From Candidatus Eiseniibacteriota bacterium (lineage in GTDB: Bacteria; Eisenbacteria; RBG-16-71-46; JABDJR01): DNA of 64,000 nucleotides. A program made the translations under genes and the position numbers. Shown piece after piece: positions 20,438 through 29,580 of this stretch. The notes beneath the pieces were generated by a model. It ran no database searches. It was given only the letters and a program-made list of their open reading frames with translations, and was not told where the DNA came from. Location of the stretch: assembly GCA_963728475.1 (NCBI GenBank), contig CAVSKL010000004.1, forward strand, positions 437,840-501,839, in the 5' to 3' direction. Positions within the stretch are counted from its first letter, which is position 1, and every line of letters begins with the position of its first letter.

Positions 20438-21274
20438 GTGCCGCGCTGGAATGCCGCCCTGGGGGCGGCCTCGGTGGTCGTCGCACTGCTCGCGATTCCG
20501 AGGGGGGCCAGCGCTCAAATATCCGCGGACAAGACCCCCGCCCAGCTGGAGGGGGTCGACCTGGTCGACCGCTCGGGGAACATGGTCCCCGGCGGCCTGG
20601 AATTCGCCGACGAGACCGGGGGGCCGGTGCGGCTGGGGGACTTCTTCACCGGAGACAAGCCGGTGCTTCTCCAGCTCGTGTACTACAACTGCCCCATGCT
20701 TTGCACCCAGGTCCTGAACGGGTACGTGGCTTCGGCCACCAAGCTCGACTGGACTCCGGGCCGGGACTACACGGTGGTGACGGTCAGCTTCGATCCCAAG
20801 GACAAACCCGAGGTGGCGAGGCTCAAGAAGCAGAACTACGTGAACTCGCTGGACAAGCCGGGGGCGGCGGCGGGATGGCACTTCCTCACCGGCCGGCAGG
20901 CGCAGATCGACACCCTCACCGCCGCGGTGGGGTTCAAGTACAAGTACGATCCGAAAAAGCAGCAGTACTACCACGCGGCGGGGATGTTCGTGCTGACTCC
21001 CGAGGGAAAGATCAGCCGGACCCTCTACGGGATCGAGTATCCGACCAAGGACCTCCGGCTGTCCCTGGTCGAGGCCTCGGAAGGGAAGCTGGGGACGCCG
21101 CTCGACAAGCTGATCCTATTCTGTTGCCAGTACGACCCGGGAACGCACAAGTACAGCGTGGTGGCGTTCCAGGTGATGAAGCTGGGCGGGGTGCTGACCC
21201 TGATCGGGCTGGGCGGCCTGCTCGGCCTACTCTGGATCCGGGAGCGGCACCGCTCCCATCACGCAGCGGCCTGA
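20438..21274 (+). CDS. SCO1/SenC family copper chaperone
   Basis: Thioredoxin-like CxxxC motif (YYNCPMLC) plus a conserved His. AAGGAGG RBS upstream of GTG 20438. Confidence 0.85.
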   Translation: MPRWNAALGAASVVVALLAIPRGASAQISADKTPAQLEGVDLVDRSGNMVPGGLEFADETGGPVRLGDFFTGDKPVLLQLVYYNCPMLCTQVLNGYVASATKLDWTPGRDYTVVTVSFDPKDKPEVARLKKQNYVNSLDKPGAAAGWHFLTGRQAQIDTLTAAVGFKYKYDPKKQQYYHAAGMFVLTPEGKISRTLYGIEYPTKDLRLSLVEASEGKLGTPLDKLILFCCQYDPGTHKYSVVAFQVMKLGGVLTLIGLGGLLGLLWIRERHRSHHAAA

Positions 21275-21353
21275 CCGCCCGGTCCGAGGACCGGCGGCAC
21301 GGTCACGGGAGACACGCGGCCCCGCCCGGCGGGGACCCGACGGGAACCATCGC

Positions 21354-22292
21354 ATGAACGGAACCTTTCAACTGCCCCCGGAAGCGTCCACCGTCGCGCA
21401 CCAGGTGGATTCGCTGTACTACTTCATCTTCTGGGGAGCGGTGTTCTTCTTCGTGATCATCACCGGGTTCTCCACCATCTTCATCCTCCGTTACCGGCGC
21501 CGGGAGGGGGAGGGGAAGATGAAACCCCGGGCGTCGCACAATACGTCCCTGGAGGTGACCTGGACCGTCATTCCTCTCGCCCTGGTCATGCTCGTGTTCA
21601 TGTGGGGCTTCAAGGGCTACATGAACCTCGCGGTGGTTCCGGGAGGGGCGCTCCAGTACCACGTCACCGCCAAGCAGTGGCTGTGGCAGGTCCAGGATCC
21701 CAACGGGCAGATGTCGGTGAACGAGATGACGGTACCGGTGAACGCCCCGGTCAAGGTCGTCCTCCGGTCCGAGGATGTCATCCACAGCTTCTTCGTTCCC
21801 GACTTCCGGGTGAAGCAGGACGTCCTGCCCAACCGCTACACCACCCTTTGGTTCCAGGCCACCGCCACCGGTGACCACCAGCTCTACTGCACCGAGTACT
21901 GCGGGCAGGGGCATTCGGGGATGTTGGGGATGATCCACGTGCTGTCGCCGGAGGATTACCGGAAGTACCTGGAGTCGGGGGCGGGGCCGCCCTCGGGGAT
22001 GGCTCCGGCCCAGTACGGGGAGCAGATCTACAGGAGCAAGGCCTGCATCACCTGTCATTCCCTGGACGGGAGCGTCAAGACCGGGCCCTCGTTCAAGGGC
22101 ATCTGGGGGACCCAGGTCAAGCTGTCCGACGGCTCCACCGTGACCGTGGACGAGAACTACGTCCGGCAGTCGGTGCTGGAGCCGGCCTCCCAGGTGGTGT
22201 CCGGGTTCCAGCCGGTCATGCCCACCTTCCAGGGGCTTTTGACCGATCCGCAGATCGACGCCATCATCGAGTTCATCAAGTCACAGAAGTAG
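21354..22292 (+). CDS. coxB: cytochrome c oxidase subunit II with fused C-terminal cytochrome c domain (caa3-type)
   Basis: Two N-terminal TM helices, CuA motif H...[12 protein letters not shown], and a C-terminal CITCH haem c site. Confidence 0.9.
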   Translation: MNGTFQLPPEASTVAHQVDSLYYFIFWGAVFFFVIITGFSTIFILRYRRREGEGKMKPRASHNTSLEVTWTVIPLALVMLVFMWGFKGYMNLAVVPGGALQYHVTAKQWLWQVQDPNGQMSVNEMTVPVNAPVKVVLRSEDVIHSFFVPDFRVKQDVLPNRYTTLWFQATATGDHQLYCTEYCGQGHSGMLGMIHVLSPEDYRKYLESGAGPPSGMAPAQYGEQIYRSKACITCHSLDGSVKTGPSFKGIWGTQVKLSDGSTVTVDENYVRQSVLEPASQVVSGFQPVMPTFQGLLTDPQIDAIIEFIKSQK

Positions 22293-22321
22293 TCCGGCTT
22301 CCGTCAAGCGAGGCGACCCCC

Positions 22322-23971
22322 ATGGCGACCCAGACCCTCGAAGCGCACGTTTCCCCGGCGGGGAAGAGCTACCTGGACGTGACCCACGGCCTCAAGTCGT
22401 GGCTCTTCACCCTGGACCACAAACGCATCGGGATCATGTATCTGTGCGCGATCAGCACGTCGTTCCTTCTGGGCGGGATCATGGCGTTGTTGATCCGGCT
22501 GGAGCTGTTCCTGCCGGGGCGGACCATCATGTCCGCCCAGACCTACAACGAGGTGTTCACGCTCCACGGGATCATCATGATCTTCCTGTTCATCATCCCG
22601 TCGATCCCGGCGGCGCTGGGGAACTTCTTCCTGCCGATCATGATCGGGGCCAAGGACGTGGCCTTTCCCCGGCTCAACCTGGCCAGCTTCTACCTGTGGT
22701 GCACGGGGGCGGTGTTCACCCTCACCGCCATCCTCACCGGAGGGATCGATACCGGCTGGACCTTCTACACCCCCTACAGCGTGCAGACCCATACCTCGGT
22801 GATCTGGATGGGGCTGGGGATCTTCATCCTGGGGTTCTCCTCCATCTTCACCGGGCTCAACTTCATCGTCACCATCCACAAGCTCCGGATGCCGGGGATG
22901 GGGTGGTTCGACATGCCGCTCTTCCTGTGGTCGATCTACGGCACCGCCCTCATCCAGGTGCTGGCCACCCCGGTGCTGGGCATCACCCTTCTCCTCCTGG
23001 TGGCGGAGCGGGTGCTCCACGTGGGGATATTCGATCCCGCCCTGGGGGGCGACCCGGTTCTCTTCCAGCACTTCTTCTGGTTCTACTCCCATCCCGCGGT
23101 CTACATCATGATCCTGCCGGGAATGGGAATCATGAGCGAGATCGTCACCACCTTCAGCCGCCGGCACATTTTCGGGTACCGGTTCGTGGCGCTTTCCTCG
23201 CTCGCCATCGCGGTGCTGGGGTTCCTGGTGTGGGGGCACCACATGTTCGTGAGCGGCCAGTCCGAGGTCGCCACCATGATGTTCTCGTTCCTCACCTTCT
23301 TCGTGGCCATTCCCTCCGCGATCAAGATGTTCAACTGGACCGCGACCATGTACAAGGGGTCGATCGCCCTGGACACCCCCATGCTCTACGCGCTGGCCTT
23401 CCTCTTCCTGTTCTCGATCGGGGGGCTGACCGGCATCTTCCTGGGCGCTCTCTCGGTGGATGTTCACCTGACTGACACCTACTTCGTGGTCGCTCACTTC
23501 CACTACGTGATGATGGGAGGGACGGTGATGGCGTTCCTGGCCGGCCTCCACTACTGGTGGCCGAAGATGACCGGCCGCATGTACCCGGAGACGGTGGGCC
23601 GGATGACCGCCATCATCATCTTCATCGGGTTCAACGTCACCTTCCTCACCCAGTTCGTGCTCGGCTCGCGCGGGATGCCGCGCCGCTACTACGATTACCT
23701 GGAGCAGTTCCAGCCGCTTCACCAGCTCTCCACCTTCGGATCCTGGATCCTCGGCTTCGGCTTCCTGACCATGGTCATCTACCTGATGTACTCGTTGAAG
23801 GCGGGGGAGAAGGCGCCGGCCAACCCCTGGGGATCGCTGGGGATCGAGTGGCGGACGCCCTCCCCGCCCCCGCTGGAGAACTTCGAGGAGGAACCGAGCC
23901 TGGCCTACGGCCCCTACGACTACCAGAAGGTCTACGGCGAAGAGACCGACGAGGCGGTGGCCTCGGTTTGA
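22322..23971 (+). CDS. coxA: cytochrome c oxidase subunit I
   Basis: 12-TM haem-copper oxidase core ([40 protein letters not shown]). Confidence 0.95.
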   Translation: MATQTLEAHVSPAGKSYLDVTHGLKSWLFTLDHKRIGIMYLCAISTSFLLGGIMALLIRLELFLPGRTIMSAQTYNEVFTLHGIIMIFLFIIPSIPAALGNFFLPIMIGAKDVAFPRLNLASFYLWCTGAVFTLTAILTGGIDTGWTFYTPYSVQTHTSVIWMGLGIFILGFSSIFTGLNFIVTIHKLRMPGMGWFDMPLFLWSIYGTALIQVLATPVLGITLLLLVAERVLHVGIFDPALGGDPVLFQHFFWFYSHPAVYIMILPGMGIMSEIVTTFSRRHIFGYRFVALSSLAIAVLGFLVWGHHMFVSGQSEVATMMFSFLTFFVAIPSAIKMFNWTATMYKGSIALDTPMLYALAFLFLFSIGGLTGIFLGALSVDVHLTDTYFVVAHFHYVMMGGTVMAFLAGLHYWWPKMTGRMYPETVGRMTAIIIFIGFNVTFLTQFVLGSRGMPRRYYDYLEQFQPLHQLSTFGSWILGFGFLTMVIYLMYSLKAGEKAPANPWGSLGIEWRTPSPPPLENFEEEPSLAYGPYDYQKVYGEETDEAVASV

Positions 23972-24008
23972 CCGGCCCCGGAGTCCCACCCGAGAGGAAC
24001 GCCCGATC

Positions 24009-24662
24009 ATGAGCACTGTCCCGGAGCGCGTGCCCCACCAGGTCGGGCACCACTATGCCGACGCCGAGCAGGAGTTCACCGCGGCCAAGCTGGGCTTCTG
24101 GCTTTTCCTGGCCACGGAGATCCTCCTGTTCGGCGGACTGTTCGTGGCCTACGTGGTGATGCGGAACCTGTATCCCCACATGTTCCAGATCTCGCACGAG
24201 AACCTGAACCGGGTGATGGGCGGCACCAATACCGTGGTCCTCATCTGCTCCAGCCTCACCATGGCGCTGGCGGTGCGGGCGGCCCAGACCAATCAGCGGA
24301 GGCGGTTGCTCGGCCTGCTCACCGTGACCATCCTCCTGGCCGGGGTCTTCCTGGTGATCAAGTTCTTCGAGTACCGGGTGAAGTTCGAGCACGGGTTGCT
24401 TCCCGGGTTCTGGTACAACCCGCACGAGGCCGGCCAGCCGGTGAACGGCAACATCTTCTTCGCTCTCTACTTCCTCATGACCGGCCTTCACGGGGTCCAC
24501 GTGATCGCGGGGATGGTCGTCATCAGCTGGATCCTGGTACGTTCGGCAAGAGGGGACTTCTCGAGCGAGTACTACACCCCGGTGGAGCTGGTCGGGTTGT
24601 ACTGGCACCTTGTGGACGTGATCTGGATCTACCTCTTCCCGCTCTTCTACCTGATCAAGTAG
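24009..24662 (+). CDS. coxC: cytochrome c oxidase subunit III
   Basis: Subunit III family sequence (FWLFLATEILLFGGLF...GLHGVHVIAG...YWHLVDVIWIYLFPLFYL). Confidence 0.9.
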   Translation: MSTVPERVPHQVGHHYADAEQEFTAAKLGFWLFLATEILLFGGLFVAYVVMRNLYPHMFQISHENLNRVMGGTNTVVLICSSLTMALAVRAAQTNQRRRLLGLLTVTILLAGVFLVIKFFEYRVKFEHGLLPGFWYNPHEAGQPVNGNIFFALYFLMTGLHGVHVIAGMVVISWILVRSARGDFSSEYYTPVELVGLYWHLVDVIWIYLFPLFYLIK

Positions 24663-25271
24663 GTGACCATGAGCCACGCGCATGCCGCCGTCGCCGGCGA
24701 ACACAAGCCCCACGTGCTTCCCCTCCGCATCTATTTCTCGGTGTGGGGAGCGCTCCTGGTCCTGACCTACCTCACCGTGGCCGCCTCCTACCAGGACTTC
24801 GGCACCTGGAATCTGGTGGTGGCGGTGGGGATCGCCACCATCAAGGCGAGCCTGGTCGCGCTGTTCTTCATGCACCTGAAGTACGACGAGCGCTTCAACG
24901 CCCTCATCTTCGTGTCGGCGCTGGCGTTCTTGGGGATCTTCTTCATCCTCACCCTGGCCGATACCTCCGAGCGCGGTTCGGTGGACCCGATCAAGGCCTA
25001 CGAGATCGCCCCGGTCCCGGGCCGGCCCGACCTGGAGAAGCGGCTGGGCCCCGGGGAGCACGGCATGGTGATCGACACCACCGCGGCGGCCTCGGACAGC
25101 GGCAAGGCGGCGGCGGATTCGGCGGGGGCGGCCGGCGGCATGAACCCCGGCGGCGGGAAGCCCGGCGGCGGGAACCCCGGCGTGACGAAGCCCACCGGCG
25201 TGACGAAGCCGGGCGGGGCGGGGAACCGGGGGGCGGCGGCCGACTCCGGAGGGGCGTCCCCGGGCCACTGA
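24663..25271 (+). CDS. caa3-type cytochrome c oxidase subunit IV with Gly/Pro-rich C-terminal tail
   Basis: ~100-aa subunit IV core (HVLPLRIYFSVWGALLVLTYLTV...IKASLVALFFMHLKYDERF...FFILTLAD), followed by a low-complexity extension. Confidence 0.8.
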   Translation: MTMSHAHAAVAGEHKPHVLPLRIYFSVWGALLVLTYLTVAASYQDFGTWNLVVAVGIATIKASLVALFFMHLKYDERFNALIFVSALAFLGIFFILTLADTSERGSVDPIKAYEIAPVPGRPDLEKRLGPGEHGMVIDTTAAASDSGKAAADSAGAAGGMNPGGGKPGGGNPGVTKPTGVTKPGGAGNRGAAADSGGASPGH

Positions 25272-25321
25272 ACCCGGCGGCCGGTACGGGGACCGCGACG
25301 CGGACCCCACGCGAGGCGACC

Positions 25322-26566
25322 ATGAACGCGGAAATCCTCACCGTGGGCGCGGAGATCCTGGCCGGGGATATCCTCGACACCAACGCCCGCGATCTCGCCC
25401 GGGCCCTCAAGGGCCTGGGCGTCGTCGTCTCCCGGCATGCGAGCGTGCCCGACCACGTGGAGCGGATCGCGGAGGCGGTCCGCGAGGCGGCGTCCCGGGC
25501 CGAGGTGGTGGTGGTGACCGGCGGGCTCGGGCCCACCCCCGACGACGTGACCCGCGAGGGGGTGGCGCGGGCCTTCGGGCTGGGGCAGTCGGTCCGGGAG
25601 GAACTGGTGGAGCCGCTCCGTGCCCGGTACCGGAGCCACGGCTTCCGCGAGATGCCCGAGGTCAATCTGGTCCAGCTCAACCTTCCCGAGGGCTCGGAAC
25701 CGATCCCCAACCCGGTGGGCACCGCCCCCGGGTTCCTCCTGGAGCGCGAGGGGACGGCGCTGTTCGCGGTGCCCGGGGTGCCCCGGGAGATGCAGATGAT
25801 GCTGGAGGAGACGATCATCCCCTGGCTCCGGGCCCATCGCCCCCTTCGCGCACTCCTCACCCGTACGCTCAAGACCCAGGGGATTGGGGAGTCGGAACTG
25901 GTCACCCGCTACGGGGCGATCTTCGACTCGCTCGAGGGGGTGGACCTGGCCTTCTATCCCCAGCAGCCCGGGGTAAACCTCAAGCTCACCGTGCTCGCCG
26001 ACGACCCGGAGCGCGCGCGGGCGCGGTTGAAGGCGGCGGAGGGAGTGCTTCGCGAGCGCCTGGAGGACTACGTCTACGGGACCGACGCCGACACCCTGCC
26101 CGGGGTGGTGCTGGAACTCCTGCGGGCCCGGGGCTGGCGGGCCGGCACCGCCGAGTCGTGCACCGGGGGCGCGGTGGCCGCGTACCTGATCTCGGTCCCC
26201 GGCGCCAGCGACGTCATGGACCGGGGGGTGGTGGCCTACTCCAACCGGGCCAAGACCGAACTCCTGGGGGTGCCGGAAGCGCTGATCGCCGGGCACGGCG
26301 CGGTGAGCGAGCCGGTGGCCCGGGCGATGGCCGAGGGGCTCCGCGAGCGGAGCGGGGTGGAGGTGGCGGTCGCCACCACCGGGATCGCGGGGCCGGCGGG
26401 CGGGACCGCGGAGAAGCCGGTGGGCCTGGTTCACGGCGCGGTGGCCACCCCGGGCGGGACGAAGACCTTTCGTTCGGTGTACCCTGGGACCCGTGACATG
26501 GTCATCCACCGTTCGGTGGTGAACGTCGTGAACCGCCTCCGCCTGGTCCTGATCGGCGCCCGCTGA
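25322..26566 (+). CDS. cinA: competence/damage-inducible protein CinA (MoCF-binding N-domain plus NMN-deamidase C-domain)
   Basis: N-terminal ILTVGAEILAGDILDTNA and C-terminal TAESCTGG signature. Confidence 0.9.
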   Translation: MNAEILTVGAEILAGDILDTNARDLARALKGLGVVVSRHASVPDHVERIAEAVREAASRAEVVVVTGGLGPTPDDVTREGVARAFGLGQSVREELVEPLRARYRSHGFREMPEVNLVQLNLPEGSEPIPNPVGTAPGFLLEREGTALFAVPGVPREMQMMLEETIIPWLRAHRPLRALLTRTLKTQGIGESELVTRYGAIFDSLEGVDLAFYPQQPGVNLKLTVLADDPERARARLKAAEGVLRERLEDYVYGTDADTLPGVVLELLRARGWRAGTAESCTGGAVAAYLISVPGASDVMDRGVVAYSNRAKTELLGVPEALIAGHGAVSEPVARAMAEGLRERSGVEVAVATTGIAGPAGGTAEKPVGLVHGAVATPGGTKTFRSVYPGTRDMVIHRSVVNVVNRLRLVLIGAR

Positions 26567-26661
26567 TCCGGGACCTCTCCCGCCCGGCGGCGCCCGTGCT
26601 CGATCACCCGCCCGGGCGCACGGACGAAGGCGGCGGTTCGCAGGACCGGAGGAACCGACCC

Positions 26662-27096
26662 ATGAACGACAGCCCCGTCACTCCCGACGAATACCGCCGG
26701 CGCCTGGCCGCGGTCTGCCTTTCCGGCGGCGGACCCGGCCTGCCGCGCAAGCCCCGCGACCGCCACATCCTCTTTCGCGCGGTGGCGGCGGCGCTCGACG
26801 CCGCCCGCCTCCACACCGAGCGCGAGATCGACGAGGCGCTCCAGGCCTGGCTAGAGGGACCCGGAGAGCTTCTCGAATTGGACCGGGTGAGCCTCCGGCG
26901 GGAGATGGTGGACGCGGGGTACCTGGAGCGCGATCCCGCCGGCCGCGAATACCGGGTGGTGCGGACGGGTTCGGGGGTGGTGACCTTCGAGCCGGGGGTG
27001 GAGGGGGTGGACCCCGCCGCCGCCCTCGAGGAGGCCCGCGCCGACGCCGAGCGGCGGCGCCTCGCCGCGACGGGACGGCCCGGAAGAGCCCGGTGA
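26662..27096 (+). CDS. DUF2087-like hypothetical protein
   Basis: ~145 aa with a motif pattern (RKPRDRHILFRAVAAALD...EREIDEALQAW) typical of DUF2087. The stop overlaps the next start. Confidence 0.5.
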   Translation: MNDSPVTPDEYRRRLAAVCLSGGGPGLPRKPRDRHILFRAVAAALDAARLHTEREIDEALQAWLEGPGELLELDRVSLRREMVDAGYLERDPAGREYRVVRTGSGVVTFEPGVEGVDPAAALEEARADAERRRLAATGRPGRAR

Positions 27097-27665
27097 GCGA
27101 CCTCTATCCCTGGGGCGAGGACCTCCCGGTCCTGGAGACCCGGCGGCTCATTCTGCGCGGGCTGCGCGAAACCGACCTGCCCGCGCTCTTCGCCGTGTTC
27201 TCGGAACCGGAGGTGATGCGCTACTGGAGCAGCACGCCCCACCGCGACCTCGCCGAGACCGCCGGAGTCCTTACCCGGGCCCGGGAGGGATTCGCGGCCC
27301 GGAGCGCGTTCCAGTGGGGAGTGGCGCTCGGTGAGGACGGAACCGCGATCGGAACCTGCACGCTCTTCCGGGTCGAGCCCAAGCACCTCCGGGGCGAGGT
27401 GGGCTACGTTCTCGGCCGTCCCTACTGGGGGAAGGGGATGGCCGGCGAGGCGCTGGCCGCGGTGATCGGGTTTGCGTTCGACGCCCTCGGGCTCCATCGC
27501 CTGGACGCGGACGTGGATCCCCGGAACGCGCGCTCCCTGAAGCTCCTGGAGCGGATGGGGTTCGCGCGCGAAGGCTACCTCCGGGAGAGCTATCGGATCG
27601 GGACCGAGGTCACCGACAGCGTGATCCTGGGCCTTCTTCGCCCCGAATGGCGGGGTCCTCGGTGA
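27093..27665 (+). CDS. GNAT family N-acetyltransferase (RimJ/RimL-like)
   Basis: GNAT fold motifs (LETRRLILRGLRETDLPALF, GYVLGRPYWGKGMAGEA, NARSLKLLERMGF). GTG start overlaps the upstream stop. Confidence 0.8.
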   Translation: MSDLYPWGEDLPVLETRRLILRGLRETDLPALFAVFSEPEVMRYWSSTPHRDLAETAGVLTRAREGFAARSAFQWGVALGEDGTAIGTCTLFRVEPKHLRGEVGYVLGRPYWGKGMAGEALAAVIGFAFDALGLHRLDADVDPRNARSLKLLERMGFAREGYLRESYRIGTEVTDSVILGLLRPEWRGPR

Positions 27666-28315
27666 ACCGCCCCGGCGGCGCCGCCTCGCTCCGGCGCGAA
27701 GGGCGGCCGGCCGGGGACCCGGCGGGCCCCGGGCCCGAGCGCTGGCGGACCTTCTTGGCGGTGTTCCCTCCGGATCCCGCGCTGGATGCGATCGAGGCCC
27801 TGCGCTCGCGCCTCGAGCCCGGGCTCGACGGCCTCCGCTGGACCGGACGCGCCAACCTCCACTTCACCCTCCGCTTCTTCGGCGACCTCGTCCCGGCCGA
27901 AGCCGCCCGCGCCGGCGAGGTGCTGGCCGCGGTGGCGGCGGGCGTCGTGCCCTTCGATCTGGAGCTGGCCGGGCTGGGGGTGTTTCCCGGCTGGACGCGG
28001 CCGCGCGTCCTGTGGGTGGGCTGCGGCGCCGGCGGGGCGGTCCTCGAGGCCCTGGCCCGCACCCTGGACCGGGGTTTTTGCGACGCGGGCCTGGGCGGCG
28101 CCGACAAGCCCTTCCGGGCCCACCTCACATTGGCCCGGTGGCGCGACCCCCGGGGCGCGGACGGGAAGGCGGCGCGGGCGGCGGTGGAGGGCGCGGACGC
28201 TCCCGCCCGCTTCAGCGTCACCGAGGCGTCGGTCGTCCGGAGCGTCCTGGGCCCCGGAGGCTCCACCTACCTGCCGCTCCGGACCGAGGCCCTGCGGGGG
28301 GCGCCGCCGCGATGA
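27662..28315 (+). CDS. thpR: RNA 2',3'-cyclic phosphodiesterase (2H phosphoesterase, ThpR/LigT family)
   Basis: Two H-x-T-x motifs (HFTLRF and HLTLAR). Start overlaps the upstream stop. Confidence 0.75.
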   Translation: MNRPGGAASLRREGRPAGDPAGPGPERWRTFLAVFPPDPALDAIEALRSRLEPGLDGLRWTGRANLHFTLRFFGDLVPAEAARAGEVLAAVAAGVVPFDLELAGLGVFPGWTRPRVLWVGCGAGGAVLEALARTLDRGFCDAGLGGADKPFRAHLTLARWRDPRGADGKAARAAVEGADAPARFSVTEASVVRSVLGPGGSTYLPLRTEALRGAPPR

Positions 28316-28791
28316 GATGGCCCGTGCTCCCGGCGGCCGGGCTCCTGCTGGCGGCGGTGGGCCTCCTCGCGGTGTGGGCGCGCCGGGCGCCGGCTCCCGG
28401 AAATTTGGGCCTTCACGACGGCCGTCTGAGTCCCTGCCCCGGCTCACCCAACTGCGTTTCGAGCGAGGAGGGGGCGGACGCCGGCCACGCCATGCCGCCC
28501 TGGACCTTCGCCGGCGACCCCGGGGAGGCCATGGCCGTGCTGGCCGGGCTGGTGGGCGCGGCCGCGCGCGCCCGGGTGGTGGACACCGCCGCGGGCTATC
28601 TCCACGCGGAGTTCCGCACGCCGGTCATCGGCTTCATCGACGACGTGGAGTTCCGGTTCGACCCCGCCTCGGGGTCGGTCCGGTTCCGCTCCGCGTCCCG
28701 CCTGGGGTATTCGGACCTGGGGGTGAACCGGAGGCGCATGGACGCGCTGGGCCGGCGCTTCCTCCGGAGCCGCTCCGCGGGAGAGGACTGA
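28312..28791 (+). CDS. DUF1499 family protein
   Basis: N-terminal hydrophobic anchor and a CPGSPNCVSS motif typical of DUF1499. ATG overlaps the thpR stop (ATGA). Confidence 0.6.
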   Translation: MRWPVLPAAGLLLAAVGLLAVWARRAPAPGNLGLHDGRLSPCPGSPNCVSSEEGADAGHAMPPWTFAGDPGEAMAVLAGLVGAAARARVVDTAAGYLHAEFRTPVIGFIDDVEFRFDPASGSVRFRSASRLGYSDLGVNRRRMDALGRRFLRSRSAGED

Positions 28792-28863
28792 CCGGGCGCG
28801 GCCGCCGGATCCCGGAGCCGGGCTGCGGACCGGCCGCCGCATTCGAGGAGGGAGGCGCAATCG

Positions 28864-29565
28864 ATGGCGGACCTGGCCCCGGTCTACCGCGACAAGTCGC
28901 GCTCGACCGGCACCAAGACGGCTCTCGCCCTGATCCACTTCGGGATCGTGCTGGGCACGCTCTGGCTCCTCTTCGGGGGCGGACTGGCCCGGATCGAGGA
29001 TCTGTTCGGGGCGCCGCCCGCGCCCGGCGTGCCGCTCCGGCGGGCGCTCCTGGCGGGGGCGGCGGCGCTCTACTTCCTGCGCACCCTGGCCACGGTGTTC
29101 GTGTTCGTCAAGCGGCGCATGCCGTGGCCGGAGGTGGCCACCATCGCCCCCTGGATCGCGCTCCTGGACGCGCTCTTCGCCTGGTTCGGAGGGCGGAACC
29201 CGGCGCCGGTGGGCGCGCTCGGCGGGGCGGGGGCGGCGCTGGTGCTGGCCGGGTCGGCGCTCAACACCGGTTCCGAATGGCAGCGGCTGGTATGGAAAAG
29301 GCGGCCGGAGAACCGGGGGCACCTCCTCACCGGAGGCTTCTTCCGGATCTCCCGCCACGTGAACTACCTCGGCGATCTGGTGTTGTTCACGGGTTGGGTG
29401 CTGATCGCCGGGCGGCCGTGGCTGCTGTCGGTTCCGGCGGTGATGCTGGCCGGATTCGCCTTCGCCAACATCCCCGCCCAGGACCGGTACCTGGCCGAAC
29501 GCTACGGCGACGAGTACCGCGCCTACGCCGAGCGCACGGCGCGGCTCGTTCCCTTCGTGTACTGA
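28864..29565 (+). CDS. membrane methyltransferase, isoprenylcysteine carboxyl methyltransferase (ICMT)/DUF1295-like
   Basis: Multi-TM protein with the C-terminal ICMT-like motif RHVNYLGDLV...E.RY..EY..Y. Confidence 0.65.
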   Translation: MADLAPVYRDKSRSTGTKTALALIHFGIVLGTLWLLFGGGLARIEDLFGAPPAPGVPLRRALLAGAAALYFLRTLATVFVFVKRRMPWPEVATIAPWIALLDALFAWFGGRNPAPVGALGGAGAALVLAGSALNTGSEWQRLVWKRRPENRGHLLTGGFFRISRHVNYLGDLVLFTGWVLIAGRPWLLSVPAVMLAGFAFANIPAQDRYLAERYGDEYRAYAERTARLVPFVY

Positions 29566-29580
29566 CGGCCTTCGTGCCGC

